From Bacteroidota bacterium (lineage in GTDB: Bacteria; Bacteroidota; Bacteroidia; Chitinophagales; LD1): a DNA stretch of 64,000 nucleotides. Positions 1 to 8,906 of this stretch are shown in pieces; positions within the stretch are counted from its first letter, which is position 1, and each line of letters begins with the position of its first letter. The DNA lies in assembly GCA_025963485.1 (NCBI GenBank), contig JAOQAO010000074.1, positions 7,222 to 71,221 of the forward strand, written 5' to 3'. Made by a program: the position numbers and the translations under genes. The notes under the pieces were generated by a model, which was given only the letters and a program-made list of their open reading frames with translations, searched no databases and was not told the origin of the DNA.

Positions 1-420
1 CCCGCGAATGATGGATTTGCCCAGACCACGAAAAGCTGATGCCTCCTGCTGGCCTTTGCGGCTGCCTACGATCATATCTGCGTCTTGTTCTACGATGAGT
101 TTGAAGAGTTTGTCTACATCATCGAGGTAATGCTGGCCATCGGCGTCTATGGTGATCACGTAGTCTGTTTCCGCAGCTTGTATGCCAGACTTGATAGCGC
201 CGCCATATCCCCGGTTGACCTTGTGGTTAACTACAGTGCATCTTGGTTCATTGGCGAAGTGTTCCTTCAGTATCTTCAGCGATTCATCGCGTGAACCGTC
301 GTTGGTAATGACAAGGCGATAGTCGCGCTCATTCACGAAAGCGATCAACTCCGGGAGCACTACAGGGAGGCTTTTGGCCTCATTGTAGCAAGGTATGACT
401 ATGGATAATGTAGGCGTCAA
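1..420 (-). CDS. Family-2 glycosyltransferase, Dpm1/ArnC/GtrB-like polyprenol-phosphate sugar synthase (5' part only; 3' end lies outside the window)
   Basis: My own reverse-strand translation from TTG at 420 gives (L/M)TPTLSIVIPCYNEAKSLPVVLPELIAFVNERDYRLVITNDGSRDESLKILKEHFANEPRCTVVNHKVNRGYGGAIKSGIQAAETDYVITIDADGQHYLDDV... This is a GT-A/GT2 signature with a DxD motif (DAD). It starts 2 nt after the stop of the upstream gene. Confidence 0.8.
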   Translation of the reverse strand, partial: MTPTLSIVIPCYNEAKSLPVVLPELIAFVNERDYRLVITNDGSRDESLKILKEHFANEPRCTVVNHKVNRGYGGAIKSGIQAAETDYVITIDADGQHYLDDVDKLFKLIVEQDADMIVGSRKGQQEASAFRGLGKSIIRG

Positions 421-422
421 GG

Positions 423-2474
423 TTATTTGTTTTGTTCTTTTAGTCCTTTCTCGGCTACGGCCAGGTTATTTTTGGCAAGCTGCGATGAGGGGTCATACTC
501 TACAGCTTTGAGCAGGGCGTCTTTTGCCGGTTGGTATTGTTTCAGGATATTATATGCCGAGCCGATGTTATTATATGCCGGTGCAAAGTCTGGTTTGATC
601 TCCAATGCTTTTTTGGCAGCGTCGATGCAGCCCTGATAATCCCCCGCCTGGTAGTACAGGAGAGAAAGGCTGAGATAATTATCCGGTGTTTTTGTCTTCT
701 CGGCCAGGTCCTTGGTGAGTTCCAACTGAGATTTGCCTGAGGTGCCGAGCTGGAGGTATTGCTGCGATTTCGCATCACTTGGTGCTATGGCGAGCGTAGA
801 GTTTGCTACCTTTTTCAATTCTTCATACCTCTTACTGGCATAGAGCAGGTCCATGAGCATATAGCGACAGTCCATATGTGCCGGAGCCATCTCCATAGCA
901 GTATAGAGCAGTTTGACAGCCTCGTCAGGGCGACCGTTATCCTTGAGAAAGCGGGCATAGTAGTAATAAGAGTTTGGATAAGATTTACCCCCGTACTGGA
1001 CCCCCGTTTTAAAGTATGCTTCTGCCTCCTGTTTTTTGCCGATGGCATCTTTGAGGATGGCCATATTCACATGGAGGTATCCATAGTACGGCCAGCACTC
1101 CAATCCACGGGTGAAGTACCTTTCGGCACCGGGATAGTCGCCCTTGCGCATGAGTGCGAGGCCGTAGTTCATGAGACCGCGGCCATTCGTTGGGGATTTA
1201 AGCGTACAGTCATACCAGAGCGTATCGTCTGTCTTCCATACCTCATTGCGCGTGTGTGTGCCATAGGCATAGCCGACCAGCATGACACCGATGAACGCAT
1301 AAAACGCTCCCTTGGTGATCTCATTCAGTTGGGTACTTTGAGCCACCAGCCTTACCAGCAGGTACAGCGCCCAAACGACCGCCAGCGATAATCCCACAAA
1401 AGGGAAGAACATGCGGTGATCATTGGTGACCTCAGAGAAGGCTATGATCGATGTAGGCACATTGGCAAGCAGAAACCAGGCGAGGCCAAAGGCGATAGGA
1501 CGGGTGGCCTTGTATTCAGCCGTGATAAAGATGATGACCACAGTAAAGATCAAAAAGACATAACCCAGTATGGCATATATATCCATCGGGGATTTGAATA
1601 TCATCCAATCGGTGTCTGCATTGAGGTGTACCGGTGCAAACCATGCTGTGAAATAATAGAACAGGATAAAGGGTTGTGTGAGCCTGTACTCCCATACCTG
1701 AGATTGCCCTTCTACATATGTAGTCGGCTGCATATGCGAAACGAACAGGTAGCCTGCCACGCATACCACGATCGCGATGACCGTGGGTATCACGACCTTG
1801 AGTAGCTTATCTGTTTTGCCTTTGAACATAGAAATGAAACCGTCGCCGTTTTCAAACAATATTATATAGCACATCAGGATCGGTGCAAAGATCAGAGCCG
1901 ATGGCTTGGTCAGGATACCGAGTACTACGGGGATCAGGTAGAGATAGTATTTCTTGCAAACCGGCGATACTGCGTATAGCGTAAGGCCTAAAACAACAAA
2001 GAAGGTAGAGAGAGAGTCACCGCGCTGGATGATATAATTGATCGTCTCAGCGCACACGGGGTGCAGCATGAACCAGGCTACGGTGATAAGGGCTACCCAA
2101 TCATTGTATGGATCGGTGGAGACTATGCTGATTATTTTACGAAACAAAACAAACATCAGAATGCCCAGCAGTATGAAGAAAGCAAAACTGGTTACGTGGA
2201 AAGGTGTGAGGTCCTTCAAGTCATCGCTGAAATGATAATCAATGGCCAATGTAGTCGTCAGCAATGGACGGTACGACTGATTGGGGGGAAGAGAGCTGGA
2301 GGTTTTGCCATCCTCAAAAAAGAGGGGGATATTCTTCAGGTCACGGATGTATGCATTATTCTCTATGGTATGCGCATCGTCAAAATGCAGGGCATTTTTG
2401 AAATGATTGGAATAGGTCAGCGTCACCGCTGCCATCAAGACTGCCAGATTTACCCAAATGATCCACTTCTTCAT
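423..2474 (-). CDS. Polytopic GT-C-like membrane protein (PMT/TMTC-like) with C-terminal TPR repeats, paralog A
   Basis: 700-aa ORF with a likely start at MKKWIIW (ATG 2474). About 420 aa are multi-TM, with the acidic loop motif HFDDAHTIENNAYIRDL after TM1. The C-terminal ~250 aa are TPR-like (e.g. AYNNIGSAYNILKQYQPAKDALLKAVEYDP). Confidence 0.75.
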   Translation of the reverse strand: MKKWIIWVNLAVLMAAVTLTYSNHFKNALHFDDAHTIENNAYIRDLKNIPLFFEDGKTSSSLPPNQSYRPLLTTTLAIDYHFSDDLKDLTPFHVTSFAFFILLGILMFVLFRKIISIVSTDPYNDWVALITVAWFMLHPVCAETINYIIQRGDSLSTFFVVLGLTLYAVSPVCKKYYLYLIPVVLGILTKPSALIFAPILMCYIILFENGDGFISMFKGKTDKLLKVVIPTVIAIVVCVAGYLFVSHMQPTTYVEGQSQVWEYRLTQPFILFYYFTAWFAPVHLNADTDWMIFKSPMDIYAILGYVFLIFTVVIIFITAEYKATRPIAFGLAWFLLANVPTSIIAFSEVTNDHRMFFPFVGLSLAVVWALYLLVRLVAQSTQLNEITKGAFYAFIGVMLVGYAYGTHTRNEVWKTDDTLWYDCTLKSPTNGRGLMNYGLALMRKGDYPGAERYFTRGLECWPYYGYLHVNMAILKDAIGKKQEAEAYFKTGVQYGGKSYPNSYYYYARFLKDNGRPDEAVKLLYTAMEMAPAHMDCRYMLMDLLYASKRYEELKKVANSTLAIAPSDAKSQQYLQLGTSGKSQLELTKDLAEKTKTPDNYLSLSLLYYQAGDYQGCIDAAKKALEIKPDFAPAYNNIGSAYNILKQYQPAKDALLKAVEYDPSSQLAKNNLAVAEKGLKEQNK

Positions 2475-2718
2475 TGATATATAACTGTTTTCGCCAAACC
2501 TACATGAAATTTGTAAAAAACACAAGCGGGCAAATGTGGATAGAATGGCAGGGCTGCTTCACTCCAGCATTTCAACATATAAGATCCCGCCATTTATGCT
2601 GCTGCGCGGCCCCTAAATCCCCTGAAAGGGGACTTTAATACATTGCAAAAGACGAATACAAATTATACTCATTTACACTAATACCCGATCATGATAGAAT
2701 GGTAGAATTAGCTCAAGA

Positions 2719-4722
2719 CTACTTGACCTGACTTTTTAATCCAGCCTCTGCAGCATCCAGATTGATCTTCGCAAAGTGCGAGGATGGGTCGAGGCCGAGC
2801 GCTTTCAGCGAAGCGTCCTTAGCTTCCTTGTACCTTTGCAGCTTGTTGAAGGCAGCGCCGAGATTGTTGTAAGCGGGAGCAAATGAAGGTTTAAGTTCCA
2901 AAGCCTTTTGTGCCTCATCGATACATTTCTGATAATCACCTGTCCGGTAGGCCTGACCGGAGAGATTGAGATGGTCCTCGGCGGTTGCGGCGGACAGAGC
3001 TGGTTGTGGCGCTGCTGATAACAGCTTATCATAATATGTAGCCCTGCTGTCGCCGGGAGATACCACGAGCGTGGCCGCGATGATCTTCTTTAGTTCCTCT
3101 ACCCGATGAGCCTTATACATGAACTCCATCAGGAGCTCACGGCATTCGACATTGGCAGCAGACATCTGATACTGGCTATAGAGCAATGCGATCGCCTCGT
3201 CTATGCGATTGTGCTCATTGAGGTACATGGCATAGTAGTAATAACAGGAGGGGCAAGTGTTTCTACCGAACGCAAGGGCATGCTTCAAATAGGTCTCTGT
3301 TTCGGTGTCTTTGTTTTGCAGATGCTTGACGATGCCCATATCGAGGTTAGCAGGAGCGAAATCAGGCTGGATGGCAAGTGCCTGTGCAAATTGCTTCTCC
3401 GCCTCAGGTAGCGCTGAGCGAACCATGAGAGCCAGGCCATAATCGAGATGTGCCCTGACACTGACGGGATATTTGGCCACGGCATCAGACCAGAGCGATT
3501 CTTCGCTACGCCATACCTGGCAGCGCATATGGGCGCCATATCCATAGCATAATAAACCCGCGAGAGATAACGATAAGAATAAGGGCCGAATGAGTGCTGC
3601 CTGTGCGCGGTCAGCGATCCATTTCACCACTAGATAAAGCGACCAGGTCATGGCAAGCGACAAACCGACATAGGGAAAGAACATCCGGTGGTCGGTGGCC
3701 ACTTCGTTGAGGGAAATGAGCGACGTGGGGATGTTGGCAATAAGATACCAGGACAGGCCAAACGCAACCGGTCGTGTGGAGCTGCGGCGAGATGTATAAA
3801 TGATAGCGCCGATAACGGCCGCAATGAACCCATAACCCAGCAAAGCCATGGGCGCCAGAGGGGAAGCGAACACTTTCATGCCATTGTCCGCTGCGAGCCA
3901 CAGCGGGGCAAACCACTCTACGAAATACTGACCCAGCACATATGGCTGAGTGAACCGGTAGAGCCATGGATCATCTCCGGCGGTCTGATATGTGGCCGAT
4001 GTCATGGTGGTGACAAATACTCCTGCTGCAATAGAAACGATAAGCGCCATAGTTATGTGGGGCCAGTATTTTCTGAGTGGCGGCGATTTTTCTTTTTGTT
4101 CAAAAAGTAGAATATAAGCTATCAGTAGCAGTGGGAAGACAACAGCGATAGGCTTGGTCAGGATGCCTGCTATAACGGGGATCAGGTATAAATAATACCT
4201 GCGCGCGCGGACAGATAGAATATATAAGTTCAGTCCAAGGACAACAAAAAATGTGGCAAGAAGGTCTCCACGTTGAACTATATAGTTGACCGTCTCGGCG
4301 CAAACGGGATGAAGCATGAACCAGCCAACCGCCAATACAGCTACAATATCAGACGATGGATCGGGTGAAGTCTTTCTGAAAATGGCCCGGTACAAAAAGA
4401 ACAAACTGATACCTACACAAAGAAAAATGAAGAAGCTGGTCAGATGATACATCCATGTATCTCCATTGCCCCCACCGAGTTGATAATCCAGTGCGAGGCT
4501 GGTGGTGAGGATGGGGCGATAGGTCTGATTGGGCGGATGGGAGCTGGAGGTGTGGCCATCAGTAAAGAATAAAGGAATATTGTGCAGGTCGCGGATATAG
4601 GCGTTATTGACTATCGTGTGAATGTCATCTATGTGGAAGGCATTATGAAAGTGGCCAGAGTATGCTAATGATGTGAACAGCATCACACCAGCGAGCCCAA
4701 GCCATACGATCCACTTCTTCAT
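2719..4722 (-). CDS. Polytopic GT-C-like membrane protein (PMT/TMTC-like) with C-terminal TPR repeats, paralog B
   Basis: 668-aa ORF collinear with paralog A (FHIDDIHTIVNNAYIRDLHNIPLFF; HPVCAETVNYIVQRGD; C-terminal TPRs). The ATG at 4722 lies 2 nt after the tilS stop. Confidence 0.75.
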   Translation of the reverse strand: MKKWIVWLGLAGVMLFTSLAYSGHFHNAFHIDDIHTIVNNAYIRDLHNIPLFFTDGHTSSSHPPNQTYRPILTTSLALDYQLGGGNGDTWMYHLTSFFIFLCVGISLFFLYRAIFRKTSPDPSSDIVAVLAVGWFMLHPVCAETVNYIVQRGDLLATFFVVLGLNLYILSVRARRYYLYLIPVIAGILTKPIAVVFPLLLIAYILLFEQKEKSPPLRKYWPHITMALIVSIAAGVFVTTMTSATYQTAGDDPWLYRFTQPYVLGQYFVEWFAPLWLAADNGMKVFASPLAPMALLGYGFIAAVIGAIIYTSRRSSTRPVAFGLSWYLIANIPTSLISLNEVATDHRMFFPYVGLSLAMTWSLYLVVKWIADRAQAALIRPLFLSLSLAGLLCYGYGAHMRCQVWRSEESLWSDAVAKYPVSVRAHLDYGLALMVRSALPEAEKQFAQALAIQPDFAPANLDMGIVKHLQNKDTETETYLKHALAFGRNTCPSCYYYYAMYLNEHNRIDEAIALLYSQYQMSAANVECRELLMEFMYKAHRVEELKKIIAATLVVSPGDSRATYYDKLLSAAPQPALSAATAEDHLNLSGQAYRTGDYQKCIDEAQKALELKPSFAPAYNNLGAAFNKLQRYKEAKDASLKALGLDPSSHFAKINLDAAEAGLKSQVK

Positions 4723-4724
4723 CA

Positions 4725-6068
4725 CTAAGCCTTTATTTGATGAAGGACTAAAACCTGTTTGGTCTTGTCAGTAATCTTGTACCTTTCGTCGGTCCTCTCT
4801 CCTACTATCCAGACGACTTTCTTACCGGATTCAAGGATCCAGATTGTTTCCTTCTCGTGGATAGGTATCTTCTGGTCTTTGAAGTATTTGCTGACCTTCT
4901 TCTTTTTGAGTTTCATGCCGAAGGGGTAGAAATAGTCGCCTTTCTTCCATTGACGGAGCATGAGAGGGAATTCTAACTTGTCCAGGTCGAGATAGGCGTG
5001 GGACTTGTTTTTCTTTATGACCAGATCAGCGGCTTTCTCTTGTGACAGCCTTATATCGGAACCTTTTAGTTTCACTTCTGTTTCCTCTTTCTCAATCAGG
5101 ATAGCCATGAAGTCTGTTTGAGCAGCTTCCGTGAGGATCAGGAACTGCCTGTCCTTGATAATCCTCGCTGCCGGGGAAAGGAATTGTTTGCCGGATTCAC
5201 TATCGAGTGCACTGAGGATGTCATCGACTTGCGATGAATTGTAACCATATGGATTCAGGTATTCAAATAGTATTGAGCGCTTGTTAGTTAGCTTCCTTAG
5301 TTTCAGAATTGGGATGTATATGTCATTGCCTCTTTTCTGGAAAAGCTGCTTGTCAATTTTGCGGACTTTGGCATTATATAGCGCTTCGAGATCGGAGAAT
5401 ACTTTGATCCGGTCTATGAAGCCCGCTTCGAAGCCGGGGTTAATATCCTCAATCAATGTAACCAAATGATGCCGAATCTTGTTGCGGGTATATTTATCAG
5501 AGGCATTGGAGGAATCCTCACGGTAGGTCAGGTTGTTTTCCTTTTGGAATACCTCGATCTCATCGCGGCTCACATTTAGCAAGGGACGGATAAGGATGCC
5601 CGACTTAGGCAGCATACCACGAAGGCCTTTGATGCCGGTGCCTTTGATAAAATTATGGAGAACGGTCTCGATGTTGTCATTCAGGTGATGGGCCGTGGCG
5701 AGATAGTGCCAGGCATTTGATTTTCTTACCGACTCCAGCCACTCGTAGCGGAGGTCACGGGCGGCCACCTGCGTGGAGACCTTATAGTCGGCAACGTATT
5801 TAGTTGTATCGAACTTTTTAGTGTGGAACTCAACCTTGTATTTATCTGCCAGTGCGCGGGCCAGTGCTTCATCTCCATCGCTCTCCTCTCCTCTCAGCTG
5901 GAAATTGCAATGGGCGATGCCAAAATCCACCCCCATCTGATGAAAGACCTCTGCCAGGACTACGGAGTCTATACCGCCGCTCAGCGCCAATAGCACACGT
6001 TTTGCGGACAGATTTATTTGCTGCTCGGTGAGGAGGGACTTGACTTTATGGATGAGAGGGGACTTCAT
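4725..6068 (-). CDS. tilS: tRNA(Ile)-lysidine synthase
   Basis: 447 aa with an N-terminal PP-loop (LALSGGIDSVVLAEV) and the typical TilS length and C-terminal domain. Confidence 0.9.
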   Translation of the reverse strand: MKSPLIHKVKSLLTEQQINLSAKRVLLALSGGIDSVVLAEVFHQMGVDFGIAHCNFQLRGEESDGDEALARALADKYKVEFHTKKFDTTKYVADYKVSTQVAARDLRYEWLESVRKSNAWHYLATAHHLNDNIETVLHNFIKGTGIKGLRGMLPKSGILIRPLLNVSRDEIEVFQKENNLTYREDSSNASDKYTRNKIRHHLVTLIEDINPGFEAGFIDRIKVFSDLEALYNAKVRKIDKQLFQKRGNDIYIPILKLRKLTNKRSILFEYLNPYGYNSSQVDDILSALDSESGKQFLSPAARIIKDRQFLILTEAAQTDFMAILIEKEETEVKLKGSDIRLSQEKAADLVIKKNKSHAYLDLDKLEFPLMLRQWKKGDYFYPFGMKLKKKKVSKYFKDQKIPIHEKETIWILESGKKVVWIVGERTDERYKITDKTKQVLVLHQIKA

Positions 6069-6105
6069 TGTAAATTAAAGCACGCGGAGGACATGGATGT
6101 TTTGT

Positions 6106-6113
6106 CAAAGATA
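6106..6113 (-). promoter_or_regulatory. Candidate Bacteroidota -7 box (TATCTTTG) for tilS
   Basis: The reverse complement of 6106-6113 is TATCTTTG, matching TAnnTTTG, 38 nt upstream of the tilS ATG. Confidence 0.4.
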
Positions 6114-6198
6114 GTAAAGGATAATTGTTGTTTTCAAGTGTATAATATTCGCGTTTTGCTATACCTGATTTTAGTTCACTGAAGACCTGATTTTACCA

Positions 6199-6433
6199 GC
6201 TCCGATAGGAGCATACTGTTTGTAGCATAAGCAATACAGATAAATATAAGCTCCGTAGGAGCGGCCTTGATATTCCTTACCAAGTCAGAAATAACCCAAA
6301 GAAGGTTTCAAGTCTATCTGCAGGCGTGTGTGGTCCGGCATTGCAAAACTGATTGCATTTTTGTTCTTGATTTTGGATTAGGATACAGATGTGTGAATAG
6401 GTATTCAGCATATTCAGGACGTTCCTACGGAAC
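6199..6433. repeat. Cluster of three small hairpin repeat units (GYTCC-loop-GGARC)
   Basis: The units are GCTCCGATAGGAGC (6199-6212), GCTCCGTAGGAGC (6250-6262) and GTTCCTACGGAAC (6421-6433). The flanks of units 2 and 3 align in inverted orientation (GCTCCGTAGGAGCGGCCTTGATAT vs GTTCCGTAGGAACGTCCTGAATAT). Confidence 0.6.
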
Positions 6434-6464
6434 ATCACATGATAGAAATACAGTATATTACATA

Positions 6465-6773
6465 TCAATCCGCCATATCTATCGCCTGCTGCAACTCCCT
6501 CGCCGTTTTCGCATCATTGACAGCATTAGCCTTTTCTATGCCTTTAGTATATAGGGCAATGGCAGCAGTATTATTACCCGTTTCTTCTTCCAGTTTACCA
6601 TATTGATAGTACGTCACCACATAGTCAGGATACTCGGCGACCAATCGTTCGAAATAACGGCGACTTTCGGTCATATTGCCTTTAGATACATACTCCATGG
6701 CGAGGGCATATTTGAGGAATGGGTCGGTGGGCTTAGCCCGCTCCATCTCTAGTAATGTAGCCAATCTATCCAT
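6465..6773 (-). CDS. Small TPR-repeat protein
   Basis: ORF 6465..6818 with a likely start at MDRLATLLEM (6773). TPR-like helices are present (FLKYALAMEYVSKGNMTESRRYFERLVAEYPDY). Confidence 0.6.
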   Translation of the reverse strand: MDRLATLLEMERAKPTDPFLKYALAMEYVSKGNMTESRRYFERLVAEYPDYVVTYYQYGKLEEETGNNTAAIALYTKGIEKANAVNDAKTARELQQAIDMAD

Positions 6774-6844
6774 GTGGTTTTTACCTAACTTTGTTTGATA
6801 AAGATTTTTACCAAACAATCGTTTGGTATTGTAAACTTAATCGA

Positions 6845-6852
6845 TACTTTTG
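6845..6852 (+). promoter_or_regulatory. Candidate -7 box TACTTTTG for etfBA
   Basis: GATACTTTTG lies 26 nt upstream of the etfB ATG. The identical decamer precedes lpxC/fabZ. Confidence 0.45.
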
Positions 6853-6877
6853 ACCCGCAATTTAAAAATTTACAGCA

Positions 6878-7618
6878 ATGAAAATCTTAGTACCGATCAG
6901 CAAAGTGCCGGACACGACATCCAAGATCGCCTTTACTGACAATAATACGAAGTTCGCTACGGACAACGTGCAATTTATCATGAACCCTACAGATGAGTGG
7001 TATGCACTCACGCGCGCTATAGAGCTGAAAGAAAAGCTCGGCGGTGAAGTAGTAGCTATCAACGTAGGTCTCGCAGAAAATGAGCAGATCATCCGCAAGG
7101 CCCTGGCTATCGGCGCTGATACTGCTGTGCGTGTAGATATCGACCCTACTGATGCCTACCAGGTAGCAGTGGAGATCGCAGCTCACGCTAAGACAGGCGG
7201 ATACGACCTGATCATCACAGGCAAGGAAACAATAGACTACAATAGCTTCGAAGTAGGTGGTATGATAGCTGAGGTGCTCGAGTGGAATGCCGTAGCCCTC
7301 GTATCAAAACTGGAAGTAGAAGGCAATAAAGCAACTGCTACCCGCGATATCGAAGGTGGTACTGAGACCGTAGAGATCACCCTCCCTGCTGTCATCTGTG
7401 CTACCAAGGACCTCGCTGCTGCACGCATCCCTAATATGAAAGGCATCATGTCTGCACGCACCAAGCCACTGGCTGTAGTGGCGGCGACATCATCTGACAA
7501 GCTGACCACAATAGCGAGCTTCACGCTCCCTGACAAGGCCAAGCAGATCAAAATGATCAGCCCGGACAACGTGGGTGAACTGGTGAAATTACTTCACGAA
7601 GAAGCGAAAGTGATCTAA
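6878..7618 (+). CDS. etfB: Electron transfer flavoprotein beta subunit
   Basis: 246 aa beginning MKILVPISKVPDTTSKI... with the typical EtfB N-terminus and length, followed directly by etfA. Confidence 0.9.
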   Translation: MKILVPISKVPDTTSKIAFTDNNTKFATDNVQFIMNPTDEWYALTRAIELKEKLGGEVVAINVGLAENEQIIRKALAIGADTAVRVDIDPTDAYQVAVEIAAHAKTGGYDLIITGKETIDYNSFEVGGMIAEVLEWNAVALVSKLEVEGNKATATRDIEGGTETVEITLPAVICATKDLAAARIPNMKGIMSARTKPLAVVAATSSDKLTTIASFTLPDKAKQIKMISPDNVGELVKLLHEEAKVI

Positions 7619-7630
7619 ATCAGATACTGG

Positions 7631-7660
7631 ATGCCAGATGCTGGTAGCTGGGAATACAAA
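7631..7660 (+). repeat. G/T-rich low-complexity tract plus GGGAATACAAA box
   Basis: ATGCCAGATGCTGGTAGCTGGGAATACAAA starts 13 nt after the etfB stop. It has the same architecture as the elements at 8731 and 12208. Confidence 0.6.
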
Positions 7661-7670
7661 TTCCAAACTA

Positions 7671-7698
7671 CCGAAATCCGAAATCCACAATCCGAAAT
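7671..7698 (+). repeat. CCGAAATCC heptad tract
   Basis: CCGAAATCCGAAATCCACAATCCGAAAT nearly matches 14817-14845 (TCCGAAATCCACCATCCGAAATCCGAAAT). Confidence 0.7.
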
Positions 7699-7742
7699 AG
7701 AGGCAATCAAAAATCATAAAACAACAATCATAAATAAAGCAT

Positions 7743-8726
7743 ATGTCTGTATTATCAATCATAGAAGTATCGGAAGGAAAAATAAAGAAGACCTCGTATG
7801 AAGCGGCGTACTATGGCTCTAAGGTGGCTGAGACGCTGGGCACAGACGCTGTGGGTGTGGTACTCGGTACTGCATCGGCAGAAGAACTGGCTAACTTGGG
7901 CAACTACGGCCTGAAGAAAGTGCTACATGCTAACGATGCGAAGTTTGACGCTTTTGACTCGAAGGCTTTCACCAAGGCAGTGGCTGATGCGGCTAAGGCA
8001 GCGGGAGCTACTGTGGTGGTATCATCATTCAGCCAGAACGGCAAGCTGCTCGCTCCGCGTGTAGCTGTGAGGCTCAAGGCGGGATATGTACCGGGCGCGA
8101 GCGAACTGCCGACATTCAACGGCAATGCGATGAACGCGACCAAGAATGTATACTCGGGCAAAGCTAAAGCAAGCTACCAGGCATCTACAGATATCAAAGT
8201 GATCGCGGTAAGCCCTAACTCCCTTTCTCCTGTCAAGGTGAGCGGAACAGCAGCTATCGAGGCTTTCACTCCATCATCTGTGTCTGATGCAGACTTTGGT
8301 ACTACCATAAAATCTGTAGACAAGGCTGTGGGCGAGGTATCGCTGCCGGAAGCTGACCTCGTAGTATCTGCAGGCCGCGGTATGAAGGGCCCTGAGAACT
8401 GGGGCATGATCGAATCGCTGGCACATGAGCTGGGCGCTGCTACAGCATGCTCACGTCCTGTGTCTGACGTAGACTGGAGGCCACACCATGAGCACGTAGG
8501 ACAGACAGGCATCACTATCAAGCCAAATCTCTACATCGCTATCGGTATCTCCGGAGCTATACAGCACCTCGCTGGTGTCAACCAATCCAAGGTGATCGTA
8601 GTGATCAACAGCGATCCTGAGGCACCTTTCTTCAAGGCTGCTGACTATGGTATCGTAGGTGACGCATTCCAGATCGTGCCTAAGCTGATCGAGGAGGTGA
8701 AGAAGTTTAAGGCTACAGCGCACTAA
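7743..8726 (+). CDS. etfA: Electron transfer flavoprotein alpha subunit
   Basis: 327 aa with a C-terminal FAD-binding region (SRPVSDVDWRPHHEHVGQTG...YIAIGISGAIQHLAG). Confidence 0.9.
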   Translation: MSVLSIIEVSEGKIKKTSYEAAYYGSKVAETLGTDAVGVVLGTASAEELANLGNYGLKKVLHANDAKFDAFDSKAFTKAVADAAKAAGATVVVSSFSQNGKLLAPRVAVRLKAGYVPGASELPTFNGNAMNATKNVYSGKAKASYQASTDIKVIAVSPNSLSPVKVSGTAAIEAFTPSSVSDADFGTTIKSVDKAVGEVSLPEADLVVSAGRGMKGPENWGMIESLAHELGAATACSRPVSDVDWRPHHEHVGQTGITIKPNLYIAIGISGAIQHLAGVNQSKVIVVINSDPEAPFFKAADYGIVGDAFQIVPKLIEEVKKFKATAH

Positions 8727-8730
8727 ATAC

Positions 8731-8770
8731 TGTTGCCGGTTGCCAGTTGTTGGTTGCCGGGAATACAAAA
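8731..8770 (+). repeat. G/T-rich low-complexity tract plus GGGAATACAAAA box
   Basis: TGTTGCCGGTTGCCAGTTGTTGGTTGCCGGGAATACAAAA starts 5 nt after the etfA stop. Confidence 0.6.
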
Positions 8771-8906
8771 TACTGGCCCATTTCGTTTTGATACGAGATG
8801 GGCTTTTTCTTTGGTGAAACACCAATAGAAAGCCAAACAGGATGATATTGCGTAAGTATGATGAAGGATGGTCGTCTATTCCTATATCAACCAAAACAAA
8901 ATCAAT

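Noticed and set aside
2611-2632. Short hairpins TCCCC-TGAAA-GGGGA (2616-2631) and CCCCC-TTTA-GGGGG (19231-19244) as terminators
   Set aside because: The stems are only 5 bp with weak or absent U-tracts, which is too weak to call as terminators with confidence. I noted them only as possible members of the small-hairpin intergenic repertoire.
6267-6554. Small ORFs 6267..6554 (+) and 6277..6468 (-) in the tilS-upstream gap
   Set aside because: They overlap each other and are built from the hairpin repeat units. They look like spurious translations of repeat DNA rather than genes.
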